Counted from the stretch's first letter, positions 9,047 to 17,056 are shown. The stretch is DNA of 32,000 nucleotides from Mycobacterium tuberculosis H37Rv (GCF_000195955.2 NC_000962.3:4200001-4232000), one strand, 5' to 3'. The notes: a model not told the origin generated them from the sequence alone. Numbers and translations are program-made.

Positions 9047-9526
9047 GTGAAGCGTGGACTGACGGTCGCGGTAGCCGGAGCCGCCATTCTGGTCGCAGGT
9101 CTTTCCGGATGTTCAAGCAACAAGTCGACTACAGGAAGCGGTGAGACCACGACCGCGGCAGGCACGACGGCAAGCCCCGGCGCCGCCTCCGGGCCGAAGG
9201 TCGTCATCGACGGTAAGGACCAGAACGTCACCGGCTCCGTGGTGTGCACAACCGCGGCCGGCAATGTCAACATCGCGATCGGCGGGGCGGCGACCGGCAT
9301 TGCCGCCGTGCTCACCGACGGCAACCCTCCGGAGGTGAAGTCCGTTGGGCTCGGTAACGTCAACGGCGTCACGCTGGGATACACGTCGGGCACCGGACAG
9401 GGTAACGCCTCGGCAACCAAGGACGGCAGCCACTACAAGATCACTGGGACCGCTACCGGGGTCGACATGGCCAACCCGATGTCACCGGTGAACAAGTCGT
9501 TCGAAATCGAGGTGACCTGTTCCTAA
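9047..9526 (+). CDS. lpqH: 19-kDa lipoprotein antigen LpqH
   Basis: 159 aa. The sequence [43 protein letters not shown]... is recognised directly. Lipobox LSGC. Shine-Dalgarno AAGGAG lies 7 nt upstream of GTG 9047. Confidence 0.95.
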   Translation: MKRGLTVAVAGAAILVAGLSGCSSNKSTTGSGETTTAAGTTASPGAASGPKVVIDGKDQNVTGSVVCTTAAGNVNIAIGGAATGIAAVLTDGNPPEVKSVGLGNVNGVTLGYTSGTGQGNASATKDGSHYKITGTATGVDMANPMSPVNKSFEIEVTCS

Positions 9527-9581
9527 CCTAAAGCGTGTCGATGCGGGCTGTGAACAGCGCGTCGGAGCCGGGCAGTCAGGC

Positions 9582-11102
9582 CTAGCGCGGCGACGATTCG
9601 AGCGGTTGCCATCCGTCAAGTGGCAACCGCACCGCAAACTCGGTATATCCGGGTGAGCTACTCACGGTGATCGTTCCGTTGTGCGCCTTGACCACAGCGG
9701 AGACGATCGCCAGGCCGAGCCCGGTGCTACCGGCTTGGCGGGACCGTGACGTATCGCCGCGGGCGAACCGCTCGAAAACCTCGGACTGCAGCGCGGCCGG
9801 AATACCCGGCCCATTGTCGATCACCTGCAGCACGACGTGCGTCGGCCCGGTGCTCAAGCGCGTCGTCACGATCGTGCCGGGACCGGTGTGCACGCGGGCG
9901 TTGGCCAGCAGGTTGGTCACCACCTGGTGCAACCGTGCCGCATCACCCGGGATGACCACCGGTTCGGGGGGCAGGTCGAGCGCCCACTGGTGATCTGGTC
10001 CGGCAACATGAGCGTCGCTGACCGCGTCAACCGCAAGCCGCGACATGTCCACCGGTCCGCGTTCCAGCGGCCGCCCCGAGTCCAGACGCGCCAGCAGCAG
10101 CAGGTCCTCGACGAGACGTGTTATCCGCTCGGTCTCCGATGCCACCCGGCTCATCGCGTGTGCGACGGCCTCGGGATCGTCCCCTATCCGCTGCGTCAAT
10201 TCCGTGTAACCACGGATCGCCGCAAGGGGAGTTCGCAGTTCATGACTGGCATCGGCAACGAACTGGCGCACACAGGTTTCACTGGCCTGCCGCGCCGACA
10301 GTGCGGCAGCGATGTGGTCGAGCATCCGGTTGAGCGCCGACCCGAGTTGCCCCACCTCGGTGGAGGGGTTTGCGTCAGGTTCGGGCACCCGGACCGGTAG
10401 CTTGACCTCGCCGCGATCCAACGGTAGGTCGACGACTTCGCTCGCGGTTTGCGCGACGCGCCGCAACGGCGCCAGCGCCCGCTTGATGATGACGATTCCG
10501 GCGGTCGTCGCGGCGACCAACGCAATCACCGTGACGATTCCGAAAATGATCAGCATCTGCAACATCGTGGCGTCGACGTTGCCCATCGACAGGCCGGTGA
10601 CGATGACGTCGTGCCCGTTTCGGCTCGGAGCGGCCAGCACACGGTACCGGCCCAGACCGTCGAGATCCAGGGTCAGCGGTGTGCGGCTGCCGGCGATCCG
10701 TTCCAGCTGGGACCGGCCGGTTGACGTCAACGCCGCCCGCGAACCACTGCCGGTCAGATATCCGGCGGCGACCGTCGTGCCGTCGCTGACCACCGCCGCC
10801 ACCATCCCGGCCGGCTGGCCCGGAGCATCGAGAAACCTCGGACCGGGGCCCGACCGGATGTAGTTGTGCGTCTCGTGCCGCCAGGGCGGACGGGGCATTT
10901 TCTCCGGATACATCAACACCGAGCGGTACGACGTTCCGCCGAGTTGGTTGTCAAGTTGTGCCACCAGATGACGACGCAGCGCCATTTCGGTTGCCGCGGT
11001 GATTCCCACACACACCACGGCGAGGACGACAACCTGTCCGACCAGGAGCCGCAGCCGAAGCGACCAAATTCGCGGACTGCTAGCGGGCCGGCTTGAGCAC
11101 AT
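9582..11102 (-). CDS. tcrY: Two-component sensor histidine kinase TcrY
   Basis: TM1, a periplasmic segment of about 150 aa, TM2 and HAMP. H-box ADASHELRTPLAAIRGY, N-box LLANARVHT, G-boxes DNGPGI and GSTGLGLAIV. ATG 11102 overlaps the tcrX 3' end by 23 nt. An internal GTG at 11009 would delete TM1. Confidence 0.85.
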   Translation of the reverse strand: MCSSRPASSPRIWSLRLRLLVGQVVVLAVVCVGITAATEMALRRHLVAQLDNQLGGTSYRSVLMYPEKMPRPPWRHETHNYIRSGPGPRFLDAPGQPAGMVAAVVSDGTTVAAGYLTGSGSRAALTSTGRSQLERIAGSRTPLTLDLDGLGRYRVLAAPSRNGHDVIVTGLSMGNVDATMLQMLIIFGIVTVIALVAATTAGIVIIKRALAPLRRVAQTASEVVDLPLDRGEVKLPVRVPEPDANPSTEVGQLGSALNRMLDHIAAALSARQASETCVRQFVADASHELRTPLAAIRGYTELTQRIGDDPEAVAHAMSRVASETERITRLVEDLLLLARLDSGRPLERGPVDMSRLAVDAVSDAHVAGPDHQWALDLPPEPVVIPGDAARLHQVVTNLLANARVHTGPGTIVTTRLSTGPTHVVLQVIDNGPGIPAALQSEVFERFARGDTSRSRQAGSTGLGLAIVSAVVKAHNGTITVSSSPGYTEFAVRLPLDGWQPLESSPR

Positions 11103-11784
11103 AGCCGGCGCCGCGCAGCGTGTGAATCATGGGTTCGCGACCGTTGTCGATCTTTTTGCGCAGGTACGAGATGTACAGCTCCACGATATTGGACCGGCCG
11201 CCGAAGTCGTAACTCCAGACGCGGTCCAGAATCTGGGCTTTGCTCAGCACCCGCTTGGAGTTGTGCATCATGAACCGCAGCAGCTCGAACTCGGTGGACG
11301 TCAACGACACCGGTTCGCCGGCGCGCATCACCTCGTGGCTGTCTTCGTCCAGCACCAAGTCTCCGACCACTAGCTGGGCACCGCTGTCGACTGTCGTCAC
11401 CCCCGTGCGACGCAGTAACGCCCGCAGCCGAAGCACGACCTCCTCGATGCTAAACGGCTTGGTGACGTAGTCGTCGCCCCCCGCGGTCAACCCAGCTATA
11501 CGATCTTCCACCGCGTCCTTGGCCGTCAGCAGTAGAACCGGCAGGCCTGGATTCTCGCTGCGCAACTTGTGCAGCACGTCAAGACCGCTCATGTCAGGCA
11601 ACATCACGTCGAGCACAACCACATCGGGCCGCTGGCGGCGGGCCGCCGCAATCGCCGACGATCCGTCACCGGCGGTGGTGATGTTCCAACCTTCATACCG
11701 CAATGCCATGGACACCATCTCGGCCAGAACGGGTTCGTCGTCGACCACCAGCACAGTGACCGGTTGGCCATCGGCGCGCCGCAT
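11080..11784 (-). CDS. tcrX: OmpR-family response regulator TcrX
   Basis: From ATG 11784 the protein begins MRRADGQPVTVLVVDDEP. Receiver Asp lies in VVVLDVMLPDMSG. Winged-HTH C-terminus ...IHTLRGAGYVLKP. Confidence 0.9.
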   Translation of the reverse strand: MRRADGQPVTVLVVDDEPVLAEMVSMALRYEGWNITTAGDGSSAIAAARRQRPDVVVLDVMLPDMSGLDVLHKLRSENPGLPVLLLTAKDAVEDRIAGLTAGGDDYVTKPFSIEEVVLRLRALLRRTGVTTVDSGAQLVVGDLVLDEDSHEVMRAGEPVSLTSTEFELLRFMMHNSKRVLSKAQILDRVWSYDFGGRSNIVELYISYLRKKIDNGREPMIHTLRGAGYVLKPAR

Positions 11785-12157
11785 TACGACACGCTCAACC
11801 GAGATGCGGTGCTGCGTCACAGCGTCAAGTATCCGCACACGGCTGAGCAGACGCCATGCGGATCCTATGTGCGCGCTATGAAACCCGATTTGGGGCACGT
11901 TCGGAGCCTGCCAGCGGGCCGGATCCGGGCGGTACCCCACTCACGTCGGCGCGCATGTTGGTACCAGTAGCGGCTGCTGGCGACCGGGCTGCTGAAGCAA
12001 ATCCCGCTGCCACGCTTGAGGCAGCGTCCCGGACCAACGCCAATTGGTCGCTCTCCGTCGCCGTTGTGGAAGTCGCCGACCCGGACAGTTCGATCAGACA
12101 TAGCCAAGGATCGGTAGCATGACGATACGCATTCCGATAGCGGGGAATTGAGGTGCC

Positions 12158-12982
12158 GTGACAGACACTTTGTTCGCAGATGTCTCCGAATATCAAGTGC
12201 CCGTGAATAACTCGTATCCCTACCGAGTGCTGTCGATCCGCGTCTGCGACGGCACCTATCGGGATCGTAATTTCGCGCACAACTACCGATGGATGCGCTC
12301 GGCATTCGACAGCGGGCGACTCACATTCGGAATCGTCTACACCTACGCCCGTCCGAATTGGTGGGCCAATGCCAACACCGTGCGCTCGATGATCGACGCA
12401 GCGGGCGGCTTGCATCCCCGGGTCGCGCTGATGCTGGATGTCGAATCAGGCGGGAACCCGCCCGGTGACGGGTCGAGCTGGATCAACCGGCTGTACTGGA
12501 ACCTGGCAGACTACGCCGGCTCGCCCGTGCGAATCATCGGTTATGCCAACGCCTACGACTTCTTCAACATGTGGCGTGTTCGCCCGGCGGGCCTGCGCGT
12601 CATTGGCGCGGGTTATGGTTCCAATCCGAACCTTCCCGGACAAGTGGCGCACCAGTACACCGACGGCAGTGGGTATAGCCCCAATCTTCCACAGGGCGCT
12701 CCACCGTTCGGTCGATGCGATATGAACTCTGCCAACGGACTAACACCGCAACAGTTTGCCGCCGCATGCGGCGTCACAACGACCGGAGGACCGCTGATGG
12801 CACTCACCGACGAAGAACAAACCGAACTACTGACCAAAGTCCGCGAGATATGGGACCAACTGCGCGGGCCCAACGGCGCCGGGTGGCCTCAGCTCGGACA
12901 GAACGAACAGGGCCAGGACCTCACTCCGGTTGACGCGATAGCGGTGATCAAGAACGACGTGGCGGCCATGCTCGCGGAATAG
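12158..12982 (+). CDS. Signal-less GH25-like (lysozyme/muramidase-fold) protein with a distinct C-terminal helical module (Rv3766-like)
   Basis: 274-aa ORF. GAGG lies 4 nt upstream of GTG 12158. Motifs appear in GH25 order: ADVSEYQ (12179-12196), IVYTYARP, MLDVESGG (D-x-E at 12437-12445) and AHQYTDGSG...CDMNSA. No signal peptide or TM segment. G+C is lower than in neighbouring genes. Confidence 0.7.
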   Translation: MTDTLFADVSEYQVPVNNSYPYRVLSIRVCDGTYRDRNFAHNYRWMRSAFDSGRLTFGIVYTYARPNWWANANTVRSMIDAAGGLHPRVALMLDVESGGNPPGDGSSWINRLYWNLADYAGSPVRIIGYANAYDFFNMWRVRPAGLRVIGAGYGSNPNLPGQVAHQYTDGSGYSPNLPQGAPPFGRCDMNSANGLTPQQFAAACGVTTTGGPLMALTDEEQTELLTKVREIWDQLRGPNGAGWPQLGQNEQGQDLTPVDAIAVIKNDVAAMLAE

Positions 12983-12995
12983 CCCGCGATCTCCG

Positions 12996-13940
12996 TCAGC
13001 TCGTGGCCCGCTGCGCGGATACGAAAAGGTTTGGCGGGATTGAGTCTTCGCCACTGTGAGGGATGCTGCGGCCATACCGAGCCAGCAGCTCGGGCAACGT
13101 TGCCGTCGACACGTCCCAGCCACGTTCACGCAGCCACTCGGCGACCGCGGTGCGCTGCTCTGCATACCAGAGGTCATCGACATCTGATATCTCAGTTTCG
13201 ACCAGCTTGGCTGCCGCGGCCCGCATCCGCCGCATGTCCGCACGCTGGCGTCGCATTCGCTCAGGGTCGAGAAAACCGGCGCCGGGGACGTTGGACGCCA
13301 ACCAACTGCCCGGCCTGCTGAGCGCATCGATACGCTCGAACAACAGATCCTGAGCCCGCGCCGGCAGGTACCGCACCAACCCTTCGGCTAACCACGCACA
13401 CGGCTTCGATGGGTCAAATCCGGCTTTCTGCAGTGCCTTTGGCCAGTCCTGACGAAGGTCTATGGGAACGTTCACCAGCTGCGAAGCCGGCTGCGCGCCA
13501 TGCTGGCGCAACGTGGCTGATTTGAATTCCAGCACCTTGGGCTGGTCCAGCTCGTACACCACGGTGCCGTCCGGCCAGGGCAGCCGCCAGGCACGCGAGT
13601 CCAGGCCCGAGGCGAGGATCACTACTTGCCTCACCCCAGCGTCGGCGGTAGCCAGGAAATACTCGTCGAAAAACGCGGTCCGGGCGGCCATGAAATCGAT
13701 CATCTGCTGTATCGGCGCCCGCAGGTCCGGGTCGAGGTCGGTCGCACCGGCCAGCAACGTGCGATTCGTGTACATGCTCCATATCCCGTCGCCGGCCGCG
13801 TCCACAAAGATCCGCGCGAACGGATCGTTGATCAATGGGTTGTCGCTCTCGGTCTCGGCCGCACGCGCCGCCGCCACACCCAGTGCGGTGGCGCCCACGC
13901 TCTCGGTAATGGCCCAGGAATCGTTGTCGGTCCGCGGCAC
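12996..13940 (-). CDS. SAM-dependent O-methyltransferase (leucine carboxyl methyltransferase-like family, Rv3767c-like)
   Basis: 314 aa. The N-terminus [27 protein letters not shown] and the motif [15 protein letters not shown] are typical of the mycobacterial paralogue family. GGGGGAGGA Shine-Dalgarno lies upstream of GTG 13940. Confidence 0.9.
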
Positions 13941-14069
13941 AGTTAATCCTCCCCCAGGCCGGAAACGTCAGTTTTGCAAACTATTCTTCCAGCCGCCGAG
14001 GGGCCCGCGCGCTCGTCAAGAGTGTCCTACGCTTTCTCCCAGATGGTCTACAGGTTGCAGAGGAGCGCG

Positions 14070-14429
14070 ATGGGGTCCACGCCGCCACGTACGCCGCAGG
14101 AGGTATTCGCCCACCACGGCCAGGCGCTCGCCGCGGGCGACCTCGATGAGATCGTCGCCGACTACGCCGACGACTCCTTTGTCATCACTCCGGCCGGTAT
14201 CGCGCGCGGCAAGGAAGGTATTCGCCAACTGTTCGTCAAGTTGCTCGACGACATACCAAACGCACTGTGGGACTTAAAGACCCAAATCTTCGAGGGCGAC
14301 ATACTGTTCCTGGAGTGGACCGCGAATTCCGCGGTCAGCCGAGTCGACGACGGAGTCGATACTTTCGTATTCCGAGACGGCACGATCTGGGCGCATACCG
14401 TCCGGTACACCCCGCACCCCAAGACCTGA
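14070..14429 (+). CDS. SnoaL/NTF2-like small protein (Rv3768-like)
   Basis: GAGGAG Shine-Dalgarno lies 4 nt upstream of ATG 14070. The 119-aa product has a SnoaL-like pattern (ADYADDSFVITPAG...WDL...FLEWTA...DTFVFRDGTI). Confidence 0.8.
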   Translation: MGSTPPRTPQEVFAHHGQALAAGDLDEIVADYADDSFVITPAGIARGKEGIRQLFVKLLDDIPNALWDLKTQIFEGDILFLEWTANSAVSRVDDGVDTFVFRDGTIWAHTVRYTPHPKT

Positions 14430-14602
14430 CGTTTCGAGCAGGTGGCGGATGTGGACCTCGAGGCGGTCGCCTATTACCGATCAGACCGAGGCACTGTTGT
14501 CTGACGCGGGCGGATACCCCCAGGGGGCGCGTTCCTCGCCGCGCACGAAGTCGGTAGGTTGCAGCCGCACTTTGCGGAGGAACCGCCTGCTGATCTGCCG
14601 GA

Positions 14603-14608
14603 TAGGAT
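14603..14608 (+). promoter_or_regulatory. Candidate -10 hexamer (TAGGAT) for a leaderless transcript of the 14615 gene
   Basis: A TANNNT hexamer ends 6 nt before GTG 14615 and there is no Shine-Dalgarno. This matches the known mycobacterial leaderless architecture. Confidence 0.4.
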
Positions 14609-14614
14609 GAGCCC

Positions 14615-14887
14615 GTGACGACGCTGAAGGAGCTTGGAGCACGGGTCGCCGCTCTGGAAGCGAACCAGGCCGACTATCGAGCCGTCCTCGCGGCCGTCAA
14701 CCCGCCGGGCGCCAACCAGCGAGAAATCGCGACGACCGTCCGGGAACACACCGGACGACTGGACCGCGTGACGACCAAAGTCGGCCAGCTCGCGGCCAAG
14801 TCCGACGACACCAATGCGCGGGTGCGGTCTCTGGAAGAGGGACAGGCCGAGATCAAGGACCTTCTGCTCCGCGCCCTCGACAAGTGA
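14615..14887 (+). CDS. Hypothetical coiled-coil protein (Rv3769-like)
   Basis: 90-aa ORF with heptad-like, Ala/Leu/Glu-rich helices (LKELGARVAALEANQADYRAVL and ARVRSLEEGQAEIKDLLLRAL). I recognised no family. Confidence 0.6.
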   Translation: MTTLKELGARVAALEANQADYRAVLAAVNPPGANQREIATTVREHTGRLDRVTTKVGQLAAKSDDTNARVRSLEEGQAEIKDLLLRALDK

Positions 14888-15012
14888 TTCTCCGAATGGC
14901 TGCGCGATTTTTTGAGCCCGGCATCGAACGGTGATCTGTGGTCGGTGAATCCGCGACACGCCGTGGTTTCGGGTCGTGCCGGATGGCGTCAAATGGCCAG
15001 CTCAGAACACCT

Positions 15013-15041
15013 TTCGAGACCACGATTTTCGAGACCACGAT
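15013..15041. repeat. Perfect tandem direct repeat TTCGAGACCACGAT x2 (15-nt period)
   Basis: Read directly from the sequence: 15013-15026 and 15028-15041 are identical and separated by one T. The repeat lies in the 312-bp convergent spacer between the 14615 and 15200 genes. Confidence 0.85.
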
Positions 15042-15199
15042 CAGGTGCTGTTGCAGGCTCTCCTAAAGCCGTAGGGCGTGTTTGAACCGCACCATGATGG
15101 GGTGCGCGGACATCGGTTGGCGATACGGGCTCGAGGTTGCAGATCCTGTCCGCGCTCGTGGCCGGCACCCGAGCGACCCTGTCGAAGACCGCGCCTTGA

Positions 15200-15775
15200 T
15201 TACCTGGCGGTGAGCGCGAGCCGCCTGACCAGGGCCGCGAAGCACAGCGGCGCCAGCAGCCAGGTCAGCTGCATGGCCGCTGTCACCGGGTGACCACGAA
15301 ACCAGAACATCACCGGGTTGAACCACAGGTCGTCGACGTAGGACCAGGTCCCGGCGAGGATCGCCGACAACTCCACGGCCAGGGCCGTGAGCTGTCCCCA
15401 GAGCACCTGGACGGTCAGGCCGAGGGCGCCCGCGGGCTCGCCCGTGAGCGCTCGCGCCAGCAGCCAGCCCATGGTCAGGAGGGGACCATCCCACACGGAG
15501 TGGGCGAGCAGGAACACCACGGTGGGGAGCGGGAGCGGCGTGGCCCACTCGATGATCGGGGTGTTGGTCCAAGCGCTGAGCCCGAACACCGGCAGCTCCC
15601 AGACCAGACCGATGAGCGTGCCGAGCAACAGCATCCGCGCGAGCTCGGGTCGAGTCCTTCGAGCGCGCAGCATGAGCACCACGACCGCGAGCGCGACGAG
15701 CAGGTCGGCTACGTAGTAGCCATGGGCGAGGGGATCGTTATCCATAAGCGTGTTCTGTTGTATGCCACTAAGCAT
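15200..15775 (-). CDS. Leu-rich integral membrane protein, 5-6 predicted TM helices (Rv3770c-like)
   Basis: GGAGG lies 8 nt upstream of ATG 15775. The product MLSGIQQNTLMDNDPLAHGYYVADLLVALAVVVLML... has repeated hydrophobic stretches. Confidence 0.7.
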   Translation of the reverse strand: MLSGIQQNTLMDNDPLAHGYYVADLLVALAVVVLMLRARRTRPELARMLLLGTLIGLVWELPVFGLSAWTNTPIIEWATPLPLPTVVFLLAHSVWDGPLLTMGWLLARALTGEPAGALGLTVQVLWGQLTALAVELSAILAGTWSYVDDLWFNPVMFWFRGHPVTAAMQLTWLLAPLCFAALVRRLALTAR

Positions 15776-15880
15776 CGTATTTGCCTCCGCGAACCTTGGT
15801 GAGCAACAGTGACGAACAGTGACGGCGAGCCGCCAGTTGACCCGCACGTGGGCACAACGGCGAGCTTCCCGCACCGATGG

Positions 15881-16269
15881 CTACGAACCCCGGCCACGCA
15901 ACGCTATGCGGTCGCCAGCCAGCTGGGCGCGCAGGATCCGTTGGATCGCCCCAGCGGTACGGTCCGGGTTCTCGGGGCGCAGCGCCACCGCCAACTCCAG
16001 CACCTCGACCGGGGTGCGCAGCGTGCACTGGCACGGGTTTGGGCACCAAGGCGTCGAACCCACCGGCGCGCCAGTCCCTAATTCCTAATCCAGCGGTCGA
16101 TGGTATGCCGGCTGATCCGAACCTTCCGCCCGAACGGGTCGGTGTGCTCACGGGAGGCCAGCTCGCGCACCATCTTTCCCCGCTCCTTGGTGGAATGCGC
16201 TGCATCGGCGGCCTCCCGGATCAACTGATACCGAAACAATCCGATCGCCCTCGCCCGCTCCGCGCGCAC
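15881..16269 (-). pseudogene. Remnant of an rve/Mu-type DDE transposase: N-terminal HTH region only, two frameshifts, catalytic core deleted (Rv3770A/B-like)
   Basis: Three minus-strand frames join into one N-terminus: ...ERARAIGLFRYQLIREAADAAHS...RISRHTIDRWIRN* | WRAGGFDALVPKPV | RTPVEVLELAVALRPENPDRTAGAIQRILRAQ. Only about 125 codons remain and no DDE core follows. Confidence 0.75.
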
Positions 16270-16403
16270 CTCGCCTTATCATCGCCGACCGCCACCGGCC
16301 GCTCCTTTCCGTTTGGTGTCCCGTGAACACACGACAGCGCACAGGATTACGGCCCAATCGGCGGTTAGGGCAGGGTCGACTCGTGTTGCACCCACTCGCC
16401 GGG

Positions 16404-16730
16404 TCACCCCGGCGCCACCAGCCGCCCACCCGATACCGCCACCGCCGTCTCGGCCAGCGACACCGTGGACAGCGCGAACTGGCACTCGATCACGGTCACG
16501 ACCGCGGCGATCACCGTCACCGCATAGGCGAACACCCCGACGGCCGCATCCGGCATCACCGGATCCGGATCCACCGCGCGCAACATGACGGTGAACACCG
16601 ACCGAACCGCCTCGGCACGCTCGGCAAAGCGACGCAGCCAACCCCGCACCGTCTCGGCCGGGCGAGCCAAATCCGCGGCGATGCGGCGGAACCCGACCTG
16701 GCTCAAGGCCTTCTCCGCCGGCGCGGGCAC
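16404..16730 (-). CDS. Small helix-turn-helix protein associated with the transposase remnant (Rv3771c-like)
   Basis: The segment KALSQVGFRRIAADLARPAETVRGWLRRFAERAE is HTH-like. The ORF is open back to 16838, but I placed the start at GTG 16730. The upstream part crosses the putative element end. Confidence 0.55.
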   Translation of the reverse strand: MPAPAEKALSQVGFRRIAADLARPAETVRGWLRRFAERAEAVRSVFTVMLRAVDPDPVMPDAAVGVFAYAVTVIAAVVTVIECQFALSTVSLAETAVAVSGGRLVAPG

Positions 16731-16799
16731 AGCTCCACCACGTATGTGCGCTCGCAGCCCGACATGCTGGCCGACGGCGCGCAGAGTTGGGCACGAGTT

Positions 16800-16815
16800 G
16801 TGACAATCCGTGACA
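16800..16815. repeat. GTGACA-N4-GTGACA direct repeat (minus strand TGTCAC GGAT TGTCAC), 10-bp phasing
   Basis: Read directly from the sequence at 16800-16805 and 16810-16815, 49 bp from the tRNA-Arg 3' end. Possibly terminal transposase-binding repeats. Confidence 0.4.
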
Positions 16816-16864
16816 GCTTTCCCGGCGCCTGATACCAACGGAACGCGTTTGCGCTAGTAAAGAG

Positions 16865-16937
16865 CGCGCCCGAAGAGATTCGAACTCCCAACCTTCTGAT
16901 CCGTAGTCAGATGCTCTATCCGTTGAGCTACGGGCGC
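16865..16937 (-). tRNA. tRNA-Arg (anticodon ACG)
   Basis: Hand-folded 73-nt cloverleaf. Acceptor GCGCCCG/CGGGCGC, D stem GCTC/GAGC, anticodon stem TCTGA/TCAGA with loop CTACGGA, T arm GGGAG-TTCGAAT-CTCTT. CCA is not encoded. Confidence 0.95.
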
Positions 16938-16967
16938 TTGTCTTCAGTTGTGTCCCCTAAAGGACTG

Positions 16968-17056
16968 CGGAGGCGAGAGGATTTGAACCTCCGGTCCCCT
17001 TGAAGGGGGACAACTCATTAGCAGTGAGCCCCATTCGGCCGCTCTGGCACGCCTCC
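16968..17056 (-). tRNA. tRNA-Ser (anticodon GCU)
   Basis: 89 nt. Acceptor GGAGGCG/CGCCTCC, anticodon loop CTGCTAA, long variable arm GTCCCC-CTTCAA-GGGGAC, T loop GGTTCAAATCC. Confidence 0.95.

Larger units (their letters stand above)
15881..16815 (-). mobile_element. Decayed transposon fragment (HTH gene plus broken transposase) lying 49 bp from the 3' end of tRNA-Arg
   Basis: Contains the transposase remnant, the upstream HTH gene and phased TGTCAC repeats at the tRNA-proximal edge. The distal end is missing. Confidence 0.55.

Noticed and set aside
11941-12157. A possible c-di-AMP (ydaO-type) or other riboswitch upstream of the muramidase-like gene, by analogy with rpfA
   Set aside because: By eye I could not find the paired ACGGGGA/CCGA-type conserved cores or a pseudo-twofold architecture. 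A covariance-model scan (Rfam/Infernal) would be needed, so nothing is claimed.
11865-12415. Minus-strand ORFs of 146 and 179 aa spanning the tcrX-upstream spacer and the 5' end of the GH25-like gene
   Set aside because: No motifs and no Shine-Dalgarno or -10 context. They are antisense to a gene with ordered catalytic motifs. I kept only the note that the spacer itself is unexplained.
14474-14992. A 172-aa minus-strand ORF antisense to the coiled-coil gene
   Set aside because: Arg/Gly-rich translation without structure. The plus-strand 90-aa frame has a matching leaderless promoter geometry.
15281-15297. TGTCACCGGGTGACCAC on the plus strand, considered as the missing opposite end of the transposon remnant
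   Set aside because: Only the first hexamer matches TGTCACGGATTGTCAC. It lies inside the membrane-protein coding sequence, and using it would imply an implausible 1.5-kb element that cuts that gene. Treated as coincidence.
16279-16832. ORFs of 175 aa (-), 169 aa (+) and 91 aa (+) overlapping the HTH gene
   Set aside because: Extreme Arg/Gly/Pro or His/Arg composition. Only the 16404..16838 frame contains an HTH-like segment.
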